Positions 1 to 6,666 of a DNA stretch of 11,889 nt are shown here, piece by piece. The stretch lies in assembly GCA_964616385.1 (NCBI GenBank), contig CAZTTV010000017.1, forward strand, positions 1 to 11,889. Reading direction: 5' to 3'. Within the stretch, counting starts at the first letter, position 1; every line of letters starts with the position of its first letter. A program made the position numbers and the translations under genes. Below the pieces are notes generated by a model that was given only the letters and a program-made list of their open reading frames with translations, had not been told where the DNA came from and ran no database searches. Source of the stretch: an uncultured Candidatus Saccharibacteria bacterium (lineage in GTDB: Bacteria; Patescibacteriota; Minisyncoccia; Phycocordibacterales; CAZTTV01).

Positions 1-55
1 ACTAGAAATAAAACGTGAAATGCTAGCTAAAAAAGCGACTAAAAAGCGTAAGTAA
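1..55 (+). repeat. Direct-repeat copy A, exact 55-bp match to 2328..2382. It carries the 3' end of a lysine-rich reading frame (…KRLEIKREMLAKKATKKRK*) and is cut by the window edge, so it may be longer.
   Basis: Character-by-character identity of 1..55 with 2328..2382. Flanks diverge immediately after (gtcatcg vs tttttgt). Confidence 0.9.
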
Positions 56-77
56 GTCATCGCATACAATGCCCTGC

Positions 78-107
78 ACCCAAAATAACGAGGTTTGGGT
101 CATTTTG
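78..107 (+). terminator. Weak hairpin (acccaaa…tttgggt) followed by a cattttg T-run, downstream of repeat copy A.
   Basis: 7-bp inverted repeat plus T-run, seen directly. Confidence 0.3.
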
Positions 108-116
108 TTATAAAAT

Positions 117-150
117 AATCGTACACCACACTCGTGATGTACGATTTTTA
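117..150. terminator. Bidirectional intrinsic terminator: 9-bp stem aatcgtaca/tgtacgatt with a T-run on both strands. It terminates the 148..639 (-) gene.
   Basis: Perfect 9-bp inverted repeat with 12-nt loop, then ttttt. It overlaps the stop codon of the minus-strand ORF. Confidence 0.55.
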
Positions 151-639
151 TGCCTTAATATCTATTCTATTCCCTAACAGTGAGCGAGACCTTTCTAATT
201 CTTTATGTAACTCATCAAATAAAGTATCCGTTGTTTTGTTTGGGTCATAACCCGAACTTGGAGCTACCCTTACAATACTTTGAGCAAGTTTTTTCTTCTC
301 TTGAGGAATTGGTGCTTCTGATACTGAGCTAACGGCATTTAACAATGCGGTAACTCCAACCTTTAATCCATTATTTGATGCAGCAGGACCGTATACCGAC
401 AACGAACCAATCCCGTTTGTAGACGAGCCTCCCATAAATCCATACAAAGAACTCAAGGATCCTTGTCCAATACTTCCGGTATTAGCGCTATCAATAATGG
501 AGATTAGACTCGCATTCATTTCCTGCCCTGTCTGCTGTATCGCTCCGCTACCAAGAGCTCCCATAGAAATCTTGAGTGATGATCCTAATAAACCAACAAC
601 TGGATTTGCGAAAACAGGAGAAATAGCTCCAATCTTCAT
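148..639 (-). CDS. Hypothetical Gly/Ser/Asn/Gln-rich low-complexity protein, 163 aa. Paralog family member P1 with a hydrophobic Gly-rich N-terminus and a VGLLGSSL motif.
   Basis: ATG at 639 is preceded by AGGAGA with a 5-nt spacer. It has its own terminator downstream. The N-terminal motif is shared with the 737..1081 and 1103..1360 products. Confidence 0.7.
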   Translation of the reverse strand: MKIGAISPVFANPVVGLLGSSLKISMGALGSGAIQQTGQEMNASLISIIDSANTGSIGQGSLSSLYGFMGGSSTNGIGSLSVYGPAASNNGLKVGVTALLNAVSSVSEAPIPQEKKKLAQSIVRVAPSSGYDPNKTTDTLFDELHKELERSRSLLGNRIDIKA

Positions 640-690
640 AATATTCTCCTAATGTTCTATCTAGCTACATAATAACATTTATTTTACAAT

Positions 691-730
691 TAAAAAACTC
701 CGCAGTGGTATATAAATACACACTGCAGAG
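691..730 (-). terminator. Intrinsic terminator after the 737..1081 gene: 10-bp stem (one mismatch) ctctgcagtg/cactgcggag, 13-nt loop, then TTTTTTA on the minus strand.
   Basis: Inverted repeat 698..707 / 721..730. The complement of 691..697 is ttttta. Confidence 0.6.
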
Positions 731-736
731 GTTTAC

Positions 737-1081
737 TTAGACATACATATTAACGGAGCCAGATCCAGAGCTTGAACTGTGCCCAGTATTTACTGGGTCT
801 CTCGCTCCAGAAGCACCGACGGAGCTTGGATAAACGGGGCCAAGGGAAGTATCCGAGCCAGGCCACTTGTCTTCCAGGGCCATCGCACGAATTAAATTAA
901 TATCTTTTTCGACACCTTTACTTTTAGGATCATCCTCTGCGCGCAATGAACCTGGTGACAGACTACTAGCCAATAACTCCCCCACTTGGGGCGCCTTAGA
1001 TCGCAGATCGGCAAAATCACCAAGATTAAGCCGCAAGCCACTAGCACTACTTACACCGCCTACTGGAGCAATACTTGACAT
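737..1081 (-). CDS. Hypothetical Gly/Ser-rich protein, 114 aa. Paralog family member P2 with a VGELLASSLSPGS motif and a C-terminal Ser-rich tract HSSSSGSGS.
   Basis: ATG at 1081 is preceded by GAGGAGA with a 6-nt spacer. It lies 21 nt downstream of the previous gene's stop, which implies an operon. Confidence 0.7.
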   Translation of the reverse strand: MSSIAPVGGVSSASGLRLNLGDFADLRSKAPQVGELLASSLSPGSLRAEDDPKSKGVEKDINLIRAMALEDKWPGSDTSLGPVYPSSVGASGARDPVNTGHSSSSGSGSVNMYV

Positions 1082-1102
1082 AGATTATCTCCTCAATTAA
1101 TG

Positions 1103-1360
1103 TTAAGCAGTACTATCTAATTTAGTACCTTTTCCAACTTCTTTTGCACCTGCGTCAAGAACATCGGACAGTTTACCTACGGACATTTTTTGAGCATCTC
1201 CAGAAGCAGTAGCCACTTCTTTTTGCTTGAATTCATCAACCGCATTTTTTACCGCATTTGCCTCGCCTGCAACCACTTGAAGCTCTTTGGGGCTCAAACT
1301 ACTCGCTTGAGTTGCACCAAACCCACCAATAGCACCTACGGACATACCTGAATCAGACAT
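1103..1360 (-). CDS. Hypothetical Gly/Ala/Lys-rich protein, 85 aa. Paralog family member P3 with N-terminus MSDSGMSVGAIGGFGATQASSLSPKEL.
   Basis: The ATG at 1360 is preceded by GGAAGGTGA about 6 nt upstream. It is chosen over the track start at 1411, which lacks an SD. The ASSLSP motif is shared with P2. Confidence 0.65.
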   Translation of the reverse strand: MSDSGMSVGAIGGFGATQASSLSPKELQVVAGEANAVKNAVDEFKQKEVATASGDAQKMSVGKLSDVLDAGAKEVGKGTKLDSTA

Positions 1361-1470
1361 GATATTCACCTTCCATTTATTTGTATAAAAACTAATTTGT
1401 GCACCATGCACGACAACCTATACTAGGTATAACATAAACTATTTAAAAATCAAGTCTTCCCGTAAATATT

Positions 1471-1506
1471 AAAACCCCCTCTATTTTATTAAACTGAGGG
1501 GGTTTT
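1471..1506 (-). terminator. Intrinsic terminator after the 1505..1747 gene: 11-bp stem aaaaccccctc/gagggggtttt with a 14-nt loop.
   Basis: Perfect 11-bp inverted repeat with an A-tract on one arm and a T-tract on the other. Confidence 0.65.
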
Positions 1507-1747
1507 AGATGGCTATATTGATTCCTCTACCAATGCCAAATTCGGACATAACATTATTAACATACTCTACGACTTCTCTTTTTTTTTCTTTGGCATTTTT
1601 CTTAGCAAGAGTACCTCTTGCCTGACGTCCACCACCTTGCCCAGAATTTATCCCTGAGAGAAATTTCACTCTTGCATACGCTCTAGCAACGGCCATTCTT
1701 CTCGTCATACTTCCTTGATTCTCTCCAGTTAATTGTGAGATATTCAT
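1505..1747 (-). CDS. Hypothetical basic Gly-rich protein, 80 aa (…MTRRMAVARAYARVKF…GQGGGRQARG…KKNAKEKKRE…MSEFGIGRG). Its ATG sits 1 nt after the upstream gene's TGA (TGAtATG).
   Basis: ATG 1747..1745. A purine-rich AAAGAAAG lies upstream and the gene is translationally coupled to 1749..1925. Confidence 0.55.
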   Translation of the reverse strand: MNISQLTGENQGSMTRRMAVARAYARVKFLSGINSGQGGGRQARGTLAKKNAKEKKREVVEYVNNVMSEFGIGRGINIAI

Positions 1748-1748
1748 A

Positions 1749-1925
1749 TCACTTTCTTTCTGATATTACAATACGGGAGGAAGGGATACAGTCGTGATCA
1801 TTGAAATAACCCACGATTATTTTACAACTACAGATTCCGCAAAAATGAAGACTTCTAGAATTCGCACCAGCACCAACTAAAGGCAAGTATTCCTTAATCT
1901 TTTTCTTATCCGCTAAGTCTGACAT
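1749..1925 (-). CDS. Cys-rich small peptide, 58 aa: MSDLADKKKIKEYLPLVGAGANSRSLHFCGICSCKIIVGYFNDHDCIPSSRIVISERK. Possible leader-core architecture; a candidate bacteriocin/RiPP-like precursor or a small metal-binding peptide.
   Basis: The real start is the ATG at 1925, preceded by GGAGA with a 5-nt spacer. The track's GTG at 1970 has no RBS. The reverse complement was translated codon by codon. Confidence 0.6.
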   Translation of the reverse strand: MSDLADKKKIKEYLPLVGAGANSRSLHFCGICSCKIIVGYFNDHDCIPSSRIVISERK

Positions 1926-1968
1926 AATAATCTCCAATTCAAAAGATGTTTTATTTTTTCTATCTGTC

Positions 1969-1996
1969 ACTGTATCATATTAAATGTTTTTGTCAA
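1969..1996 (-). promoter_or_regulatory. Putative sigma70-type promoter for the Cys-peptide operon: TTGACA, 16 nt, then TGATACAGT (extended -10-like).
   Basis: Reverse complement of 1991..1996 is TTGACA, and of 1969..1977 is tgatacagt. Confidence 0.4.
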
Positions 1997-2261
1997 CCCA
2001 AATCGCTATATCTTAAAAACCATACTTTCTGTTAAATAAAGAACTCCAGATATAGAATGCCGTGGGTATCAAAGGAGTTTGTTGCCTCAGGTCAAACCTG
2101 AGACATGATTTAGGCGTTGAACATAAAAATCTTCTTGTGTTTATTTAAAATACAGTAACCTAAGTGTTTAGATGAGCACATATATTTGTCTATACCTACA
2201 AATAACAAACATCCTGTATATTATTTTGTAAACTATAATATAAATAGTGTATACTGTGGCA

Positions 2262-2382
2262 TATGGCAAAAAGAAGTACTGGAATAGAAAAAAATAAAAC
2301 ATCACGTTCAAAAAAGACAAAAAAACGACTAGAAATAAAACGTGAAATGCTAGCTAAAAAAGCGACTAAAAAGCGTAAGTAA
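2262..2382 (+). other. Tiny lysine-rich reading frame. ATG 2262 gives MAKRSTGNRKK* (11 aa). The +1 frame continues …GIEKNKTSRSKKTKKRLEIKREMLAKKATKKRK* to 2382. It is either a frameshifted or slippage-prone small basic protein gene, or a non-coding repeat. Its 3' 55 bp are duplicated at 1..55.
   Basis: Manual translation of both frames. TTGTAA-18-TATACT ends 7 nt before the ATG (a leaderless-type layout). The homopolymer aaaaaaa lies at 2288..2294. Confidence 0.3.
2328..2382 (+). repeat. Direct-repeat copy B, exact 55-bp match to 1..55.
   Basis: Exact identity with 1..55. Confidence 0.9.
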
Positions 2383-2404
2383 TTTTTGTATTAAATTGTT
2401 TGCT

Positions 2405-2432
2405 AAAAACCAAGAATATTCTTGGATTTTTT
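2405..2432. terminator. Bidirectional terminator: the palindrome ccaagaat|attcttgg flanked by aaaaa and tttttt.
   Basis: Perfect 16-bp palindrome with flanking A- and T-tracts. Confidence 0.6.
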
Positions 2433-2464
2433 CGTATAATTACATAGAAATAATTTTATAAGAT

Positions 2465-2493
2465 AAAACCGCTTACAATCGTAAGCGGTTTTA
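2465..2493. terminator. Bidirectional terminator: aaaaccgcttac-aatc-gtaagcggtttt. It terminates the 2500..2787 (-) gene.
   Basis: Perfect 9 to 12-bp inverted repeat with a 4-nt loop and A/T tracts on both sides. Confidence 0.65.
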
Positions 2494-2499
2494 GAAATT

Positions 2500-2787
2500 C
2501 TATTCTTTCCTGAGTGACTCATAGAAATCAACAATTTCTTTTAGACGCTCTTCGCCGATTTCGTTTTCCAAAACATCTAAGAAAGAACTCCCCATTTCTT
2601 CCTCTGCAAGAAGCTCTTCCATTAAAATATGTATGTTTGGTAAATTCTCGTCCCTAGATCCCTTGTTGGTTCTGCGTATTATGAGAAGTTCTCTAATGCA
2701 TAGATATACACCGACATCTGTCCTTTCATACTCTGACAAACCAAAATGTTTTGAAACAATCTCCATATGATCTTCGTTGCAACGCAT
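2500..2787 (-). CDS. Hypothetical acidic protein, about 95 aa (MRCNEDHMEIVSKHFGLSEYE…EEEMGSSFLDVLENEIGEERLKEIVDFYESLRKE).
   Basis: The ATG at 2787 is preceded by GAGGTG 4 to 5 nt upstream. The track start at 2799 is an in-frame ATG lying inside the SD. Confidence 0.55.
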   Translation of the reverse strand: MRCNEDHMEIVSKHFGLSEYERTDVGVYLCIRELLIIRRTNKGSRDENLPNIHILMEELLAEEEMGSSFLDVLENEIGEERLKEIVDFYESLRKE

Positions 2788-2967
2788 TATGCACCTCATT
2801 TTTTGTAATTTTTTATTATCAAATTACCCCAAAGGATAACTCACTTTCTAATATCTATCTTAGATTATCTCATAATACTGTGGTAATGTCAACAGTAACG
2901 TAGCGCACGTATATTAGAATATATAATATACTTTTTATATATTTTGTGTTATCGTATAACCAATATC

Positions 2968-2995
2968 AAATCTCCTCTTTGGTTGGAGATTTTTT
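2968..2995 (+). terminator. Plus-strand intrinsic terminator or attenuator: hairpin aaatctcc-tctttggtt-ggagattt then TTTTTG. It lies 42 nt upstream of the typA ATG with no plus-strand gene upstream.
   Basis: 8-bp perfect stem and T-tract. The complementary-strand flank is not T-rich, so it is plus-strand specific. Confidence 0.5.
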
Positions 2996-3036
2996 GTTTG
3001 AAGTATAAAACACTTAGATAATTTAAATTTATATTT

Positions 3037-4821
3037 ATGGAAATAAGGAACATAGCAATAATAGCTCATGTTGACCACGGGAAGACGACTCTTACCGATG
3101 CTATTTTGCGTCAAACTGGTGCTGTTGATAATAATACAAGCATGGACAGCGATGCCCTTGAACAAGAACGGGGTATAACCATATACTCAAAAAATGCTGC
3201 GACTGTATATAAAGACACAAAAATAAATATTGTTGATACACCAGGTCATGCAGATTTTGGTTCAGAGGTAGAGCGAGTATTGCGTTCAATTGACTCTGTA
3301 TTATTGATAGTTGATGCACAAGAAGGTCCGATGCCACAAACTCGTTTCGTTCTAAAGAAATCTCTTGATCTTGGTCTTCGTCCAATTTTAGTAATAAACA
3401 AAATAGACAAAGAAGCTGCTGATCATGTTAAGGTACACGATGAAGTATTTGATTTATTTTCAGAGCTAGGAGCAACAAACGAGCAGTTGGACTTCCCTGT
3501 TATTTATGCAATTGGAAGAGATGGCGTTGCAATGAAAAATATAGACGATGAAAAAAAAGACCTTACTCCACTTCTTGATTTAATTTTAGAACATGTACCA
3601 GTAGCGTCAGGAGACAAAGACGGTTCGTTCATCGCACAGCCTTTTAACCTTGCGTATGACAATTTTCTAGGAAGACTTGCTATCGTACGTATTCACGACG
3701 GAAGTATAAAATCAGGTGATAATATTTTTGTAAAAAAACAAGACGGAATTTCTAAACATAAAATAACAAAACTATTTACTTTTCATGGAACATCACGTGT
3801 TGATACAGATGAAATAATTGCTGGAGATATTGCAATCATTGCAGGACTTCCTGATGTATATATTGGAGATACACTATGCACAGATGAAAACACTGCTCTA
3901 CTTGAAGCTATTGCTGTTGACGAGCCAACTATTGAGCTTACATTTCTTGTAAACAACTCCCCTTTCGCAGGTCGTGAAGGAAAATTTGTAACAAGCAGAC
4001 AAATCCGTGAGCGTTTAGAAAAAGAACTTGAAGTAAATGTTGGATTACGTGTTAATTTTGATACAGGAGGTGGTGAACAATTCACAGTTTACGGACGTGG
4101 CGAACTACACATTGCGATTTTAATAGAAAATATGCGTAGAGAAGGATACGAACTTCAAATTTCACAACCAAAAGTTATCATGAAAGAAGTCGATGGAAAA
4201 AGACAAGAACCATTTGAAGAAATAACGATTGATGTTCCTGAAGAATTTCAAGGTACAGTGATTGAAGCATTGAATAAAAGAGGTGCTACTATGCTAAATC
4301 TTGAACTCCATGACACTCGTGCGCAAATGTTATTTGAAGGTCCAACACGTGGACTATTTGGATACAGAAGTGTATTTGTAATTGATACAAGAGGAGAAGG
4401 AATCTTTGCAACTCGTGTGACAGGATACAAACCATACGCAGGCGAAATAGAACGTCGTGATGCAGGTTCAATGATTTCACAAGTTACTGGCAAGACACTC
4501 GCCTTTTCACTCGCAAATCTTCAAACACGTGGAGTACTATATATTAAAGAAAATACTGAGGTTTACGAAGGTATGGTTATAGGAAATACATCCAAAGGAG
4601 AACAAATGACAGTAAACCCTACAAAAGGAAAACAACTTACCAACATGCGTGCATCTGGAAGTGATGAAGCTATTTCACTTACTCCTCCACAAATTGTTAC
4701 TATTGAAACTGGTCTTGAGATAATGGCGAAAGATGAGTATTTAGAAGTAACCCCAAAATCTGTACGTCTTAGAAAACAACATTTGACTGATAATGACCGA
4801 TCAAAAGCAAGAAGAAAATAA
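3037..4821 (+). CDS. typA: Translational GTPase TypA/BipA (594 aa).
   Basis: N-terminus [21 protein letters not shown] with G1-G5 GTPase motifs ([13 protein letters not shown]). Length and C-terminal domain are typical of the BipA family (established knowledge). No SD upstream. Confidence 0.95.
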   Translation: MEIRNIAIIAHVDHGKTTLTDAILRQTGAVDNNTSMDSDALEQERGITIYSKNAATVYKDTKINIVDTPGHADFGSEVERVLRSIDSVLLIVDAQEGPMPQTRFVLKKSLDLGLRPILVINKIDKEAADHVKVHDEVFDLFSELGATNEQLDFPVIYAIGRDGVAMKNIDDEKKDLTPLLDLILEHVPVASGDKDGSFIAQPFNLAYDNFLGRLAIVRIHDGSIKSGDNIFVKKQDGISKHKITKLFTFHGTSRVDTDEIIAGDIAIIAGLPDVYIGDTLCTDENTALLEAIAVDEPTIELTFLVNNSPFAGREGKFVTSRQIRERLEKELEVNVGLRVNFDTGGGEQFTVYGRGELHIAILIENMRREGYELQISQPKVIMKEVDGKRQEPFEEITIDVPEEFQGTVIEALNKRGATMLNLELHDTRAQMLFEGPTRGLFGYRSVFVIDTRGEGIFATRVTGYKPYAGEIERRDAGSMISQVTGKTLAFSLANLQTRGVLYIKENTEVYEGMVIGNTSKGEQMTVNPTKGKQLTNMRASGSDEAISLTPPQIVTIETGLEIMAKDEYLEVTPKSVRLRKQHLTDNDRSKARRK

Positions 4822-4850
4822 ATAAAAATTGCTAACAAATTATAATATAC

Positions 4851-4893
4851 AAAAAAATACCCCGAGTACTCTTACGAATACTCGGGGATTTTG
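4851..4893. terminator. Bidirectional terminator between convergent typA and the band-7 gene: aaaaaaata-ccccgagta…tactcgggg-attttg.
   Basis: 9-bp perfect stem with 10-nt loop and flanking A/T tracts. Confidence 0.7.
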
Positions 4894-4902
4894 TTTGTGT
4901 TG

Positions 4903-6666
4903 CTATTGTTTATTGGATGCTGGCTTTGCATCCATTTGCATCACAACAGGAATACTTCTTTTTATTGCTTGGGTTAGTGTTGAATTACCTAATATCGCTG
5001 CTGCACCTTCCAATGTCCCACCGCCCTGAACACCACTAACATTTACATGTGGCACTTTGACAATATCAGGATTTTCAGCAGCAACTTTTAATGCTTCTTT
5101 AAGCATTTGTAGTTGCAATACACGATCTTGACCCAATACATCTACTTGGGCCTTTTGACCTTTTGCAATTTCGATTAGCTTTAGCTTCTCACCCTCACCT
5201 TCAAGTTTCAATCGGTCCTTTTTAAATGAGGCTGCTTTTTTTTCAATCTCTGCTTGAACTAAGATTGGCTGTTTGTCAGCTGTTGCTCGTTCACGTTCAG
5301 ACTTGATTCGCTCTTTTTGAGCTTTCTGCTCCTCTATGTATGTTTCCCTTAGTTGACTCGCAAGCTGCTGACGCAAGGTTGCGACCAGTAATTCCGGTGG
5401 AATTGCTGGTTCACCCATCCTAGCCTCTTGTATCGTAACACCTGCTTTTGCTCCTTCCGGGGCAATAGCCTCTTCTACTTGCGCAACGATTTCGTCTCGC
5501 TTTTCTATAAAATCCAATACCTTGCGATCCGGATGACCACCTATAGTTCGAAGAATGTCCCGAATTGCTGGCGTTACGATTTTATCTTCAACATCTTGCA
5601 GTGTGCCAACAGAAGCAACAACTTTCGGCGCATCGTTTGGATGTACTTGAACTAATACACGCATATCAACTGGAATTATCCAACCTTCAACACGTACATT
5701 AATTGCATGATCCGCGGCGCTTTTCGGTTGAACAATTTCGTATGGCTCCTCTGTTTGCTCAATCTTACCATCGTCTCCAACAGTTAAATTGATTTTACGA
5801 CTACTATACCCACCACGATATGTCCATGTTTGAACACGTGTTGGAATAATTGTAGGAACATATGCACGGTCGTTCAGATAATATTTCCCTGGGGACAAAG
5901 GCTCACTCCAAACACCGATACATCCTCTTGGTACAAGTGGCGCAGACAAATCCGAACCGGTCTTACCACTTTCGGATGTCATGAGTTTGCTATTGTCTGG
6001 ACAGTCTTCATCTGTTTGAACATTAGAACGTATCACTGCGACATGCCCGGTTGGCACATTTAGAGCTTTGCCAAGTTTAACTTCAAATAAATATTGGTTG
6101 ATACGATATTTACCGGGACGCAATACATCAAGTTGAGGTCCTTTCTGTCCTTTACCATCACCAAGAAAATACTTGGCATCCAACATTTTATCAAAATTGC
6201 TTTCTCCCCAAGCATCAGCTATAAACTGATTATTGCGTAGAGGTGAGCCATCTTTGGTAACAAGAAAACCCCATTTCCCACTGGGGATGTCTATTACTGG
6301 CAACTCTTCAATTTCATACAAGACACGAATAAATGGTCTGAAATGAAAACCTGGTCCAAGGATTTCAGCTTGTGGTCCTTTTTGTCCATATTGCGCAATA
6401 ATCTTTCCAGGTGGTAGAGTATCTCCCAAATAAATACGCTTCAGATGACCGACTTTATCCTGACCGATAACCACAAATGATGTACTCGCGAATAAAAATA
6501 AAGCGACCAAACCCATGGTTCCAGCCGTAACATATCGAAGCCATTCTAGTTTTATCTCAACATTTTCTCCTCTGGTATCACTCCACACCTTTCTCGTCTC
6601 TGGAATAAACCTTGGTGCAAAAACTGCAGCCAAGATTGCAAGAATACCTAATATAATTTGAAACAT
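4903..6666 (-). CDS. SPFH/band-7 flotillin-like membrane protein (YqiK/FloT type), about 587 aa. It has an N-terminal double hydrophobic segment, an SPFH domain, and a C-terminal Glu/Ala/Lys-rich coiled-coil.
   Basis: The start is reassigned to the ATG at 6666 (MFQIILGILAILAAVF…), preceded by AAGGAAG. The track start at 6729 adds 21 residues with no RBS. The SPFH-like region and the EA-rich coiled-coil tail are typical of flotillins. Confidence 0.75.
   Translation of the reverse strand: MFQIILGILAILAAVFAPRFIPETRKVWSDTRGENVEIKLEWLRYVTAGTMGLVALFLFASTSFVVIGQDKVGHLKRIYLGDTLPPGKIIAQYGQKGPQAEILGPGFHFRPFIRVLYEIEELPVIDIPSGKWGFLVTKDGSPLRNNQFIADAWGESNFDKMLDAKYFLGDGKGQKGPQLDVLRPGKYRINQYLFEVKLGKALNVPTGHVAVIRSNVQTDEDCPDNSKLMTSESGKTGSDLSAPLVPRGCIGVWSEPLSPGKYYLNDRAYVPTIIPTRVQTWTYRGGYSSRKINLTVGDDGKIEQTEEPYEIVQPKSAADHAINVRVEGWIIPVDMRVLVQVHPNDAPKVVASVGTLQDVEDKIVTPAIRDILRTIGGHPDRKVLDFIEKRDEIVAQVEEAIAPEGAKAGVTIQEARMGEPAIPPELLVATLRQQLASQLRETYIEEQKAQKERIKSERERATADKQPILVQAEIEKKAASFKKDRLKLEGEGEKLKLIEIAKGQKAQVDVLGQDRVLQLQMLKEALKVAAENPDIVKVPHVNVSGVQGGGTLEGAAAILGNSTLTQAIKRSIPVVMQMDAKPASNKQ

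Noticed and set aside
867-1100. 77-aa plus-strand ORF antisense to P2
   Set aside because: P2 has a strong RBS and family resemblance to P1 and P3. The antisense ORF has none.
1361-1411. Longer start for P3 at 1411 (MHGAQISFYTNKWKVNI…)
   Set aside because: No SD upstream of 1411, whereas GGAAGGTGA precedes the ATG at 1360. The extension is not shared with the paralogs.
1505-1747. Similarity of the 80-aa protein C-terminus (…VMSEFGIGRG) to the alpha/beta-type SASP motif (…EIASEFGV…)
   Set aside because: Only a 5 to 6-residue match, and in the wrong position relative to the SASP fold (C-terminal here, N-terminal half in SASPs). Most likely coincidental.
1926-1970. GTG start at 1970 for the Cys-peptide ORF (MTDRKNKTSFELEII…)
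   Set aside because: It lies inside the predicted promoter and 5'UTR with no RBS, whereas the ATG at 1925 has GGAGA at optimal spacing.
2042-2096. Nested hairpins (aactcc…ggagtt; ctcagg-tcaaa-cctgag) in the 1971..2261 intergenic region as a possible small RNA or tRNA-like element
   Set aside because: No T-loop, anticodon-arm or other known-RNA hallmarks, and no adjacent promoter/terminator pair. It could be chance in a 290-nt spacer, so it is left unannotated.
1-2382. Interpreting the 55-bp repeats as attL/attR of an integrated mobile element
   Set aside because: There is no integrase, recombinase, excisionase or transposase in the bracketed segment or elsewhere in the window. Copy B is preceded by what looks like a full micro-gene rather than an orphan fragment. 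It is kept as a finding (repeat-bracketed cassette) but not called a mobile element.
2935-3165. 76-aa minus-strand ORF overlapping the typA start and its leader
   Set aside because: It is low-complexity and AT-driven, has no RBS, and overlaps a very well-supported typA start and the upstream terminator. It is a spurious antisense ORF.
3101-4838. Antisense ORFs inside typA (3101..3385, 3783..4085, 4248..4493, 4289..4480, 4563..4838)
   Set aside because: They are fully embedded antisense to a highly conserved GTPase gene and have no RBS. They are typical shadow ORFs.
4829-5029. 66-aa plus-strand ORF spanning the typA/flotillin terminator
   Set aside because: It runs through the terminator hairpin and is antisense to the flotillin 3' end. 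No RBS.
5428-6063. Plus-strand ORFs 5428..5655 and 5830..6063 inside the flotillin gene
   Set aside because: Antisense shadow ORFs with Cys/Trp-rich junk composition.
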